A stretch of 64,000 bases of DNA from an uncultured Actinomycetota bacterium (lineage in GTDB: Bacteria; Actinomycetota; Actinomycetes; Streptosporangiales; Streptosporangiaceae), in assembly GCA_963711055.1 (NCBI GenBank), contig CAVQCR010000013.1, positions 1,248-65,247 on the forward strand, written 5' to 3'. Positions 38,565 through 48,323 of the stretch are shown piece after piece. Position numbers and translations under genes: made by a program. The first letter of the stretch is position 1, and every line of letters starts with the position of its first letter. The notes below the pieces were generated by a model, which ran no database searches, was not told the origin of the DNA, and worked only from the letters and a program-made list of their open reading frames with translations.

Positions 38565-39009
38565 TGCTCCCCATTCCCTCGGCGAGCCTGACCAGCGCGG
38601 GCAGCGCCGCGGCGAGAGCTCGCCGGTCAGCCGTGGACAGCCGGGCCAGCGCGTGGCCAGCGAGGTCGGCTCGAAGGTCTCGCCACTCAGTGAGGCGCTG
38701 AGCGCCCCGGCCGGTTATCGTCAGCAGCGCCGTGCGGCCATCTTCGGCGCTGCGGGCGCGCCGCAGCAGTCCGACGCTTGTTAGCTTGCCGACCAGTGTG
38801 CTCACCGTGTTGGGCGCGAGATGCAATTCCTGGGCCGCATCGGCCACGGTGATGCCGGGCCTGCTCGCGGCCAGCCGGAGCAGCTCCGACTGCGCGGGCG
38901 GGAGGGGCTCCTGCTGCCATGCCTGCCGCGCGGCCCGGCGCGCAGTCCGCCGGAGCAGGCTGACAGCAGCCATCAGCTCGGCGCCTATCTCGGCAGATGA
39001 ATCGTTCAC
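38548..39009 (-). CDS. MarR family transcriptional regulator, first gene of the DrrAB-like operon
   Basis: ITVADAAQELHLAPNTVSTLVGKLTSVGLLRRARSAEDGRTALLTITGRG. 17-nt overlap with the ATPase start. Confidence 0.85.
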   Translation of the reverse strand: MNDSSAEIGAELMAAVSLLRRTARRAARQAWQQEPLPPAQSELLRLAASRPGITVADAAQELHLAPNTVSTLVGKLTSVGLLRRARSAEDGRTALLTITGRGAQRLTEWRDLRADLAGHALARLSTADRRALAAALPALVRLAEGMGSIDRAA

Positions 39010-39063
39010 AGAGCTAACTATATCGCGGCATACGTTCGCCGGCGCCTGCCTAACCGATGCCAG

Positions 39064-40207
39064 TTACTGCGCGTCGACGTCGGCTTCGTTGAGGCCGTAT
39101 AGCCGCGCCGCGTTTCCCGCGCCGATCATCCGGGCGACCCTGATCGCATCGGGCTCGGTCCAGTGCCCGCCGGCCGACCCAGCCGCCAAGGACTTCGGCC
39201 ATAGCCTGTCGCCATAGCTGGGCTCCGAGGTACACCAGCTCCGGCAGGCCGTAGCCGTCGGAGGAGTACAGCACCTTGCCAAACGGGGCGAGTTCCAGTG
39301 TTTCGGCCAGCACGGCCGCCGCCCGTGCGCCTGTGTAGTTCACCATCAGGCCAACATCCAGGTAGACGTTCGGATACGCCTGCGCCAGGAAACCGGCATG
39401 GCGATGGAACGGGTAACAGTGCAGGAGAACCACGGGCACGCCGCAGCTGGCGAGGAAGTCGCGGGCCAGCGCCGGATCGGCTCGCCGCAGGTCAAGGTCG
39501 GGATCGCCGAAGCCGGTGTGCAGCTGGATTGGCAGGCCCCGGTCCACCGCGCTCCACAAGGCGTGGCGGAGCAGTACCGGATCGGACATCCGCGCCTGGC
39601 CGGTTGTCTCGGCGTTACGCAGCCAGTCGCCGGCCGCGACCCGCACAGCCGCCGGTGCCGGCCGGGACGAGTCGAAGTCCAGCCCGAACCGGTAGGCCAC
39701 GATGCTCTTGACCGCAGCCGCCCCCGCCGACCGCTGCCAGAGCAGCTCGCGGAGCCTGTCACCGAACTCTGCGGCAGCGCACCCGGAGGTGGCGAGTTCC
39801 TCGGCTACCGACTCAAGCCGGATCACCTCGCGAACCGCGGCCTCGGACAGTTCCCCAAGGTCAGCAAGGCTGGCCGAGCCAGGCGCGGCGAACCCGGTGT
39901 CGACCAGGAGGCAGGAGCAGCCCGCCGCCGACAGCAGCGCCTCGGCTGGCCTGGTTCCCGCCAGCGAGTTCCGGTACCCGAGGTACGCGTCAGCCTCGGC
40001 CGCGGAGGCCAGGCCGAGGACCGGGCCGCACCAGCGCCGGAGCGCGAAGCCAAGCTGGGTGTCGAATTGCGTCGTACCAGGCGGGGCATGCTGGTCCGAC
40101 TCGGTCAGGAAGGCCTCGAAATCGGCCTTGGCCACGGGCCCGAGCAGGACCGAATGCACGTGGTTGTCGACGAGCCGCAAATCCTCTATGGCCTCAGGCA
40201 AGCTCAT
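39064..40207 (-). pseudogene. Amidohydrolase family protein with a frameshift near 39165-39190
   Basis: N-terminal LVDNHVHSVL. The main frame ends in an Arg-rich tail, whereas another frame gives the typical C-terminus GHWTEPDAIRVARMIGAGNAARLYGLNE. Confidence 0.75.
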
Positions 40208-40330
40208 GCCTGAACGTAACCCACCGCTGCGCGCGGCTCCCTGTCGGACACGACATTCGGCTTCCGGCGGGACCGCCCGGCCGACTCGCCCACGGTAACC
40301 GCTGATATTTACCCGCGATGTGGCAGCAGC

Positions 40331-40690
40331 CTACCGGCGCGCCCGGAGGTCTCCGCAGACGAAGGCAAGCGCCAGGACGGCAGCACTCCAGGAGTCCCGC
40401 TTGCCTATCGAGCGAACGCTGGCAAGGCTGACCGTGAGGTCGAGCGAATCACTCGCTAATGCCGCCGTGGTCCAGCGCCGGGCATCCTTATCGTCGCCCG
40501 ACGTGGCGGCGGCGACGGCGCCAAGGCCCAGCACTAGGTCCCTCACACCGACTGTCCGCATCAGCAGCAACGCCGCGCTCGTCGGCTCCTCCCGGCCTGA
40601 CAACCGCATCGGCGCTGCCGGCGCGGCGACAAGGGCAACGCCTACCGCTGCCCGCAGCCAGCCCATCGCCTCGCTGCTGGTGATCGACAC
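40331..40690 (-). CDS. Small membrane protein, unknown function
   Basis: 119 aa with 3-4 hydrophobic segments. No motif recognised. Confidence 0.45.
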   Translation of the reverse strand: MSITSSEAMGWLRAAVGVALVAAPAAPMRLSGREEPTSAALLLMRTVGVRDLVLGLGAVAAATSGDDKDARRWTTAALASDSLDLTVSLASVRSIGKRDSWSAAVLALAFVCGDLRARR

Positions 40691-40789
40691 GGTCGCAGCG
40701 TATGCCAGGAGGGCACATCAGGATGGCATCTCCAACCTCAGCGGCGTCATGATGCCAGCTACCGCGCCGTCCGGGACCCTGGTTGTCGG

Positions 40790-41854
40790 CTAGCCCGCCT
40801 CGATGCGCCGGTTGCCAGTCAGGAGGATCCAGACCTGCCCTGGCGCGAAGGTCATGCGCTTACCGGAAGGGGTCGTGAAGGTCGTGCCGCCGTTCCAGTT
40901 CGGCCGCGACCAGCGGGCCGCGTAGGCCTTCCCGTTCCGGAGCACGATTGCGGTGCCATGGCCGGTGGATTCGGCAAACGGCGGCGGGACACCGTACTCC
41001 AGGAAACCGGACTTACGCACGACCGTGTGCTGGATCACCACGGTGGCGGCCGAGAACCGGATGCCGCTAGAGGTCTTCGCCGGGATGCCATCCATCGAGA
41101 TCAGCCAGTGGCGCTTGCTCGCAGACCACGTGAAGCTGAACTTAGCTGAGGGGTAGGTAACGGTCTCCGACCTGGTGACGCGGCCGCCGAACGGCGCCGG
41201 GCCGAATCTGAAGCCGATGTTGTGGGCCTTGCTGGCGCCTCTGGCCTCCTTCAGCAGAACCTTGGTGCTCGCGAAGAGGTTGTAGGGCGCGATCCGCTGG
41301 TAGTCCCGGTAATACCCGCCGACAATGCCGGCGTAGAGGTCGACGATCCGGGCCTTTTCCACTACGGGAAGCAGCTGCCCCTGGGCGCCGGAGAACGCGA
41401 ACGCCGGGCGGCCGAACTGGCGTAGCAGCTGCAGGTCGTCTCGCCGGGTGCTGCGGACCGGCCCGATGACCGGCGGGAAATGCGAGGAGAAGACAGCCAT
41501 GAAGCGGGTGAGGCCGCCCTCCACTGGCAGCACGTACACGATGTCAGCTTCGTTGATGCCGGTTTGCGGTCGCGCGTAGACGATGTTGTCGATCTTGACG
41601 ATAAGCACCCGTGCCAGCTGCTTCACTGGCTCCCCGGTGAAGGGAGACAGCAGCCGGTGCGGCTTAGCGACGACATGTGTGGGCGTCGGCGTGGGCTTAG
41701 CCGTGTGGGCAGCGGGAATCACTCGGCCAGGTATCAGCACCAGGACTGCCGCCACTGCGGCGGCGGTCGCCACCGCAGCCGCGGCCGAGACGATTGTCTT
41801 CGCGCGAGTCCACGGCAGCAGCGTCCTGCTTGCCCACGTAGTAAGCCATCTCAT
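40790..41854 (-). CDS. DUF3048 domain protein (secreted/anchored)
   Basis: N-terminal TM. Contains IVKIDNIVYARPQTGINEADIVYVLPVEGGLTRFMAVF. Confidence 0.8.
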   Translation of the reverse strand: MRWLTTWASRTLLPWTRAKTIVSAAAAVATAAAVAAVLVLIPGRVIPAAHTAKPTPTPTHVVAKPHRLLSPFTGEPVKQLARVLIVKIDNIVYARPQTGINEADIVYVLPVEGGLTRFMAVFSSHFPPVIGPVRSTRRDDLQLLRQFGRPAFAFSGAQGQLLPVVEKARIVDLYAGIVGGYYRDYQRIAPYNLFASTKVLLKEARGASKAHNIGFRFGPAPFGGRVTRSETVTYPSAKFSFTWSASKRHWLISMDGIPAKTSSGIRFSAATVVIQHTVVRKSGFLEYGVPPPFAESTGHGTAIVLRNGKAYAARWSRPNWNGGTTFTTPSGKRMTFAPGQVWILLTGNRRIEAG

Positions 41855-42001
41855 GACTGCCCCCGAGTTTCCGCGGTGCCGGGTTCGCAGGACAGGGTAT
41901 CTCCGCGGGGCGGCTAAACCAGCACGCTTCCAGTCTGGAGCTTAGCGACCGCCGCACTGGCCAAAGTTCACTAAACGCATAGATCTCGGACTGCCAGGCG
42001 A

Positions 42002-43030
42002 TCACGGAGTCCGGTTCTTGTCGATCTGGTCGAAGTCGCCGTAGCCGTTGTACGTGCCGCCGCCTCCGGACCACTGCCACATCAGGGCGTACTCGCTAGC
42101 GCTGGTGATGCCGCCGAAGAACTGTGCGCAGGTGCTCGTCCCGGTCAGGCACCAGCCGCTCGGGACATGGGCCAGGCTGCTGGTGTCGCCTAGGTAGGTC
42201 CACTCGTAGGTGTTCGAGATGGTGGAGTACTTGCCGGTGCCGAAGATGGACGCCCAGATCGGCGGAGCCGAGTACACCCCGGCCTTATAGCTGGAATGGC
42301 TGGTCAGGTAGTCGGCGAACCCGTTAAAGTCGGCGCGGTCCACCTGCGCGGCGATGTAGTTGCGCCGCACCCTGCCGCTGCATGGTGAGGTGTAGACGGC
42401 GTTCCAGCCGTTGTCCGGCGCCGGCGTATAGCTTGGCGCGTTGCCGGGCAGCTCCACGTCCAGGAAGACCACCGGGTAGGTCACCTTCGGCCGCAGCGCA
42501 TTGAGGTCGCGTATTGCCGCCGCTGCCTGCGCCTGGCCCCACGCCGCCGCTTCCTTGCTCGTCCCGTTGAAATGCGGATCGACGCCTGGCCCAGCCATGA
42601 ACCAGTACGCACCGGTGCCAATGCCCAGGTGGTAGGTAGTGAGGTTGGTCCGGGCATCGCTGGCGTCGGTCTTGGACCATACGACCTTGCCGCCGCAGTG
42701 CTGCCAGTTGGCCCAGTTCCCGATCATCCCGATGTAGCCGCCGTAGCTGCCGCCGATGGCGGGCTCCCCGTACGGCGCCGGGCCTGGGATGGCCATATAG
42801 CTGCTGTCCGTTCCGTACCAGAACCCGGCTGGCGAGTCGAACTGGCGCGCCGCGGTGCCGCCGGCCGCTGCAGTGCCGCTCGCCGCGAGCGACGAACCGG
42901 CCGTACTCAGCACGATCGCGGCGGCCACGAGACCCGCCGCTAGGGCGCCTGCGGCCCGGCCAACGGCGCGCCGGTCGTGCCTGGTTCGCAGTGCCTTCAC
43001 GATGTCAGCGTCCCCTCTGTTGGTCGGCAA
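42002..43030 (-). CDS. Secreted glycoside-hydrolase-like protein (GH25/DUF1906-like); functional call is tentative
   Basis: Arg-rich signal (RRAVGRAAGALAAGLVAAA). Trp/Tyr/Gly-rich body with VVFLDVE. Confidence 0.7.
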   Translation of the reverse strand: MPTNRGDADIVKALRTRHDRRAVGRAAGALAAGLVAAAIVLSTAGSSLAASGTAAAGGTAARQFDSPAGFWYGTDSSYMAIPGPAPYGEPAIGGSYGGYIGMIGNWANWQHCGGKVVWSKTDASDARTNLTTYHLGIGTGAYWFMAGPGVDPHFNGTSKEAAAWGQAQAAAAIRDLNALRPKVTYPVVFLDVELPGNAPSYTPAPDNGWNAVYTSPCSGRVRRNYIAAQVDRADFNGFADYLTSHSSYKAGVYSAPPIWASIFGTGKYSTISNTYEWTYLGDTSSLAHVPSGWCLTGTSTCAQFFGGITSASEYALMWQWSGGGGTYNGYGDFDQIDKNRTP

Positions 43031-43103
43031 CCCTGCCGGTTGGCAAGCCGCCTCAGGTACGCCAGCGCGCGGCTAGAACCTGATGAAGTGCTGGCCTTGC
43101 AGG

Positions 43104-43277
43104 TTACGGCACGTTTTCGTCCCCCTGGGCCATGTCCGGGCCATGAGACGTCAGCTCGCTGGCGGCCTCGTCAATCACCCTGCGCGTCCTGTCGGGCGCC
43201 GACGGCAGGAAGTGGGTGTAGACCCTGAGGGAGAATCCGGGATCGCCATGGCCCAGGTACACGGCCAGCGAGCGGAT
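43104..43277 (-). mobile_element. C-terminal remnant of a tyrosine recombinase/phage integrase
   Basis: LAVYLGHGDPGFSLRVYTHFLPS matches the LGH...Y catalytic-Tyr box. No N-terminal or core domains are present. Confidence 0.6.
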
Positions 43278-43281
43278 GCGC

Positions 43282-43455
43282 CTAGCCCTCGTTTTGCTGC
43301 TCCTGGGGAGCATCCGGAGCGACTCCCCGCACCACGGGATTGTCGTAGTCTGGGAAGGATTCGGCGATACCCGGCGCGGACTCGTCATCCTCGTCCACGT
43401 TGACCAGGCCGAGGTAGACGGCCATCTTCCGGATGGGGCCCGCTGGCCTCCCCAC
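43282..43455 (-). pseudogene. SepF-like N-terminal peptide only (57 codons)
   Basis: AGPIRKMAVYLGLVNVDEDDE mirrors the actinobacterial SepF N-terminus (RKMAVYLGLVEDD) and acidic linker. The FtsZ-binding C-terminal domain is absent. Confidence 0.45.
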
Positions 43456-43658
43456 AGGGACGTCCGGGTCGGCGGGGGCGAACTCGTGGATTGTTCCCGC
43501 GCTGGTCAATCCATGCCACCGGGCCCGGCGCGGACACCATACGGCGCCGTCCGGGCCCCGATCAGGTCTGCTTAGCTTGCTAGATCCTCAGCAGGTCAGC
43601 GTCAGCCGGGGCCACCTCAAGAGCGGACGCAGCCAAGTCGGCCAGGACGGCTCCAGGA

Positions 43659-43886
43659 TCAGCGGCGGCGGGCCGCCAGCCGCCATGTCGCGTACGTGAC
43701 GGTCACGACAGCCCACCCGATGACCGCTACGCCCAGCTGGGAGACGGACCAGAAGTTGAGCATGATGGCCGCGATGATGCAGAAGATGGCGACGGCCTGA
43801 GCCGCCAGGAAAGCAGGTAAGGCGCGCCGCCTGCGCGGTAAGACGTGCCTGAGCTGGCCTGGTTCCCAGAAGTTCGTCATGAGCAC
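43659..43886 (-). CDS. Small two-TM membrane protein
   Basis: 75 aa with two hydrophobic helices flanked by Arg clusters. Confidence 0.45.
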   Translation of the reverse strand: MLMTNFWEPGQLRHVLPRRRRALPAFLAAQAVAIFCIIAAIMLNFWSVSQLGVAVIGWAVVTVTYATWRLAARRR

Positions 43887-44048
43887 GACGATAGCGCGGC
43901 CACGGTCGGAATGACTGGCGGACCCTGGGCCATTCCTGGGCCAAATGACAGGCTAATTTCGCCTGTCAGCGTCTAACGCGGCCTACTGCCAGAACTGCAC
44001 GTCAGCGGGTGTGCGCGACGTGTCCGCCGAGGTGAGGAAGTGGGCCGG

Positions 44049-45452
44049 TCAAAACCTGATGAAATGCTGGAAGCACTCGAACGCGGTGTCGTGCTCGGCA
44101 AACGCGGCCGCTTCGGCTCGCTTGACCGCCAGGTACGCGGCCGATCGGAGCGGACCGAGCGCGGTCATCAGCAGCTCATCGCAGGCAAGGGCATCGAGTG
44201 CTTCGGCCAGGCTGCGGGGCAGGCGGGTGGCGCCGGCCGACTCGCGCTCGGCCTCCGACATCGTGGCCGGGTCAACGTTGACCGGCTCGCCGGGATCCAG
44301 CTGTCGCCGGATCCCATCCAGCCCGGCGTGGATGAACGCGCCCAGGGCCAGGTATGGGTTCGCGCTCGAGTCGGACGGCTTCAGCTCCAGGTTCACCGAG
44401 CTGGCCGCGTCACCGCGCAGCGGCGAGCAGATCCGGACCGCGGCCTCGCGGTTGTCCATCCCGTAGCAGGTGAACGCGCTGCTCCAGAACTGCGGCTGGA
44501 GGCGGCGGTAGCTGTTCACGCTGCCGCAGGTCAGGGCCACGAGGGCCGGGAGGTGTGCAAGGACGCCGCCGATGAAGTGATATCCGACCGCCGACAGGCC
44601 ATAACGATCGGCTGGGTCGGCAAAGACAGCCGCGCCGCCAGTCGAACCGGCCTCGGGCAGGCTGGTCAAGGAGGCATGCAAATGGGTGCCGTTACCCGCC
44701 TGATCTGGTATCGGCTTGGCCGCCAGGCTCGCCCACAGCCCGCGGCGGAAGGCGACGCCGCGCACGGTCTCCCGGTACAGCACGTGGTTGTCGGCCGCGC
44801 GCAGCGCGGGTGCGTGCCGGACGGTTATCTCATGCTGACCGTGCCCGAGCTCGGGGTAGTAGTGCTCGACCTGCAGACCTTGCGCGTTCAGCGCCTGCAC
44901 CAGATCGATGACGACGTCGTGTGCTTGGTGGAATCCGGTCGATGAGTAACACAGGCTGTCGTCGAGCGGCACCAGCTTGTCCGGTCCGCCGCCCGGATCG
45001 CTCTCGCGCCGCCCGAGGGTGAATTCGGGCTCGAAGGCGGCTGTCATGGCGTAGCCCTCGGCCGCGAGCTCATCGATCGCCTGCTTCAGGAAGGTGCGGG
45101 CGCACGCCTCCCACGGCTCACCATCCGGCTTGACCAGGTCAGAGAGCATCACGCCTGCGCCCGGTGCGTAGGGCAGGGCAACCAGGGTGGCAGGATCGGG
45201 CTTGATCCGGACCTCGCCGACCGGGCCCATTCCGGCCACCGGCTGGAGGGTGTCCAGCATGCTCATGGCCATCATCGCCACCGTGTGGCCGATGCCGCTC
45301 TCGATGCGCTCCGGCAAGAACGCGGCGGATGTCGCCTTGCCACGGATGACGCCGCCGTGGTCGGCATAAAGAAACCGGATCAGCTCAAGATCGCTAGAAG
45401 CCGCCTTCGCCAGGGCATCCCTTACCGCCGCATCACTGTCGCCAAAATTCAT
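44049..45452 (-). CDS. Glutamine synthetase family protein (GlnA3/gamma-glutamyl-amine ligase-like)
   Basis: GS beta-grasp and catalytic-domain layout (LIRFLYADHGGVIRGK, NGTHLHASL, SYRRL). ATGA overlap with the upstream MFS gene. Confidence 0.9.
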   Translation of the reverse strand: MNFGDSDAAVRDALAKAASSDLELIRFLYADHGGVIRGKATSAAFLPERIESGIGHTVAMMAMSMLDTLQPVAGMGPVGEVRIKPDPATLVALPYAPGAGVMLSDLVKPDGEPWEACARTFLKQAIDELAAEGYAMTAAFEPEFTLGRRESDPGGGPDKLVPLDDSLCYSSTGFHQAHDVVIDLVQALNAQGLQVEHYYPELGHGQHEITVRHAPALRAADNHVLYRETVRGVAFRRGLWASLAAKPIPDQAGNGTHLHASLTSLPEAGSTGGAAVFADPADRYGLSAVGYHFIGGVLAHLPALVALTCGSVNSYRRLQPQFWSSAFTCYGMDNREAAVRICSPLRGDAASSVNLELKPSDSSANPYLALGAFIHAGLDGIRRQLDPGEPVNVDPATMSEAERESAGATRLPRSLAEALDALACDELLMTALGPLRSAAYLAVKRAEAAAFAEHDTAFECFQHFIRF

Positions 45453-47335
45453 GCGTCAGGCGTAGCACGACCATCGGCTGTTCGTACAGATTCCCGGCCA
45501 ACATGGCCGTTGCCGGCTGCGCCGTTGGCGGCAATGTCGTCGGCGATCACGTCCGTGTCGGCCGCCTCGGTGGCCGTCGAGGCAGCAATGATCGCCGCCT
45601 CGACGGGGTCCTCATGCACGTACTTGCCCCCGCGGAGCGCCGACGCCGCGGCGGCGATAACCAGCACGGCAATCGCCATGGAGAAAACGATCACCAGCCC
45701 ATGGTGGAACGGCTGCGAGATCAGCCCGGGAAAGAACGTCCTGCCGGTGAGCACGGCCACGTTGTGCGCAGGCAGGTGACTGAGCACGCCGGTGGGGGCG
45801 AGCAGCGAATGCACCGGGTTGTAGCCGAGAAACGCGGCGAACAGGCTGCCGACCGGCGGCAGCGAGCCGATCTTGTGCGCGATCGCGTCCGGCACGCCCT
45901 GGGCGGTCAGCCCGCTGGTCAGCGTCTTCGGCAGGGTGGCCGCTAGCCCGGCGATCATCAGCGAGAAGAACACGCCGATGGACAGCACAAAGCCGGAGTT
46001 CTGGAACGTGGCCAGCATGCCCGAGGCCGCGCCGCGCTGCTTGGCCGGGACGCTGTTCATGATCGCAGCGGCGTTCGGCGCGGAGAACAGGCCCATGCCG
46101 GCGCCCGCCACGAAGATCAGCGCGGCGAACTCCGGGTAGGTGAAGTTCACCGGGATGAGCAGCAGCCCGCCGAAAGCCACCGCGGACACCAGCAGGCCGC
46201 CGGAGGCGAACGCCCGCGCGCCGTGCTTGTCGGACAGCCATCCGGAGATCGGGCCGGACACTACGAAGCCGAACGTCAGCGCCAGCAGGTAGATGCCCGA
46301 CCAGAGCGGGGTGTCGGCGTAGTTGTAGCCGTGCAGCACCAGCCAGATGCCCTGCAGCCAGATGATCAGCATGAACTGAAGGCCGCCGCGGGCGATGGAG
46401 GCGAGCAGCGTAGCGCTGACGCCAGCCGCGAACGCCCGGATTCGCATCAGGTGCAGGTCGAACATCGGCGATTGGACCTTGGTCTCGATGATGCAGAACG
46501 CCACGAGCATGGCGACGCCGCCGATCAGGCCGGTCAGGACCAGCGGGCTGGTCCAGCCCATCGAGTGGCCGCCGTAGGGCTGGATGCCGTAGGTGATGCC
46601 CGTCAGCAGCAAGATCAGGCCGACTCCGAAGGTGATGTTCCCGAGCCAGTCGATCCTGGCGGGCGTGCGCACCCCGACTTCTCGCAGGCTCAGGTACGAC
46701 CAGATCGTGCCGCCGAGGCCGATCGGCACCGACACGATGAACACCAGGCGCCAGTCGACGGCAGCCAGAACGCCGCCGAGGATGAGGCCGATGAACTGGC
46801 CGGAAATGCCCGCCACCTGGTTGATGCCCATGGCCGTGCCGCGCTGGTTGGCCGGGAACGCGTCGGTCAGGATGGCCGGCGAGTTGGCCATCAGCATGGC
46901 TCCGCCGACTGCCTGGAGGACCCGGAACCCGATGAGCCAGAGCGCGCCGCTGGCTCCGGTAAACGGGTCGAACGGCAGCGCCAGCGCGCCCAGGCCGAAG
47001 ATCGCGAAGCCAGCGTTGTACATCCGGACCCGGCCGTAGATGTCCCCGAGCCGGCCGAGGGTGACGACGAGCACGGCGGAGACGACGAGGTAGCCCATCA
47101 GCATCCAGAGCAGATAGCTGATATTGCTGGGCTGGAGCGGGTTCAGGTGAATGCCGCGGAAGATGGCGGGCAGCGCGATGATCACGATTGACGCGTTGAC
47201 CGTGGCCGCGAGCATGCCGAGCGTGGTGTTAGACAGCGCTACCCACTTGTAGCGCCCGTCGCGCAGGCTGCCATTCGGTAGTCCGGCGGCTGCCAGCGCC
47301 CTACCAGGTCGTTCGGTGTCCGCAGGCTCACCCAT
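45449..47335 (-). CDS. MFS transporter (DHA2 14-TMS type) with an acidic C-terminal tail
   Basis: ATG at 47335 after GGAGGA. Contains LGRLGDIYGRVRMYNAGF, with 14 hydrophobic segments by eye. Confidence 0.88.
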   Translation of the reverse strand: MGEPADTERPGRALAAAGLPNGSLRDGRYKWVALSNTTLGMLAATVNASIVIIALPAIFRGIHLNPLQPSNISYLLWMLMGYLVVSAVLVVTLGRLGDIYGRVRMYNAGFAIFGLGALALPFDPFTGASGALWLIGFRVLQAVGGAMLMANSPAILTDAFPANQRGTAMGINQVAGISGQFIGLILGGVLAAVDWRLVFIVSVPIGLGGTIWSYLSLREVGVRTPARIDWLGNITFGVGLILLLTGITYGIQPYGGHSMGWTSPLVLTGLIGGVAMLVAFCIIETKVQSPMFDLHLMRIRAFAAGVSATLLASIARGGLQFMLIIWLQGIWLVLHGYNYADTPLWSGIYLLALTFGFVVSGPISGWLSDKHGARAFASGGLLVSAVAFGGLLLIPVNFTYPEFAALIFVAGAGMGLFSAPNAAAIMNSVPAKQRGAASGMLATFQNSGFVLSIGVFFSLMIAGLAATLPKTLTSGLTAQGVPDAIAHKIGSLPPVGSLFAAFLGYNPVHSLLAPTGVLSHLPAHNVAVLTGRTFFPGLISQPFHHGLVIVFSMAIAVLVIAAAASALRGGKYVHEDPVEAAIIAASTATEAADTDVIADDIAANGAAGNGHVGRESVRTADGRATPDA

Positions 47336-47628
47336 GTGCTGTCCTCCGCATCGGTGCCGTCCGCACCCCCTCGCCGTGCAGATACTTGCTATTACAAAAC
47401 TAACAGGGACCGGAGGTGACCGGGACGGCGCGGGCAGCCTGCGCTGGCGTTCGGATGGTAACGGGGCCAGCACGGCACGCGGTCCGCGCACGCTCGGCGG
47501 TAGACCTCAGCCGGTGGCTACCGGTTGCCAGCCCCGCGGCGCCCTCAGCGGCAGCTGGGCGACCGTAGCCGCTGAGCGGCCGCCGACGACGACCCGGCGG
47601 TGAGTACCTGGGGAGTATCTTTTACAGA

Positions 47629-48273
47629 GTGACACACCGCCCGTCGCCACGCGATCTTCGTGCCTCTGATTTCGATCGCGACCGGGTGATCACCCTGCTC
47701 AGCGACGCCGCGGCCGATGGCAGGCTGACGCCCGAGGAGCACTCGGACCGGGTTGGCCGGGCACATCAGGCGCGCACGCTCGGCGAGCTAGTAGTGCTAA
47801 CCGAAGACTTGGCAGAGCCATCGGCGCAGCCCATCCGCCTGGACGGGCGCAAGGGCCTCGTCGGCGTCTTTGGCCGGGACGCCAGAAGCGGCCGCTGGGT
47901 CGTGCCTGCCAGCCTGCCCGTGGTGGCATTCTTCGGCGAGGTAGAGCTCGACCTGCGAGACGCACTACTGCAGAGCGGCCGGACCATCATCTACGCAACC
48001 GTGGTGGCCGGCACCCTGCACCTGATAGTTCCCGATGGCGTTGCCGTCGAGATGAACGGCACGTCGGTCCTCACCCGCAGGATCAACCGGACGGCTCGGA
48101 TGCCCGGCCATGGCTTCGGCGGTCCCGGTGATCCGGCAGACGGCGGACGGACCGTGATCGAGGTGCGCACCGTCGCGGTGGCCGGGACCGTCAAAGTGAC
48201 CTCACCGAAACGACCAGGCTGGCTCGGCGCGCTGCGGCGCGGCAGTCTCCCGCGCGGCAGCTTCCTGCAGTAA
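47629..48273 (+). CDS. DUF1707 domain protein with a LiaF-like C-terminal region
   Basis: LRASDFDRDRVITLLSDAAADGRLTPEEHSDRV. Confidence 0.8.
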   Translation: MTHRPSPRDLRASDFDRDRVITLLSDAAADGRLTPEEHSDRVGRAHQARTLGELVVLTEDLAEPSAQPIRLDGRKGLVGVFGRDARSGRWVVPASLPVVAFFGEVELDLRDALLQSGRTIIYATVVAGTLHLIVPDGVAVEMNGTSVLTRRINRTARMPGHGFGGPGDPADGGRTVIEVRTVAVAGTVKVTSPKRPGWLGALRRGSLPRGSFLQ

Positions 48274-48323
48274 CAGGCGCCCGTTCCACCCGGCGCCCGT
48301 CCGGACCGGCGCCCGCGCTGTTC

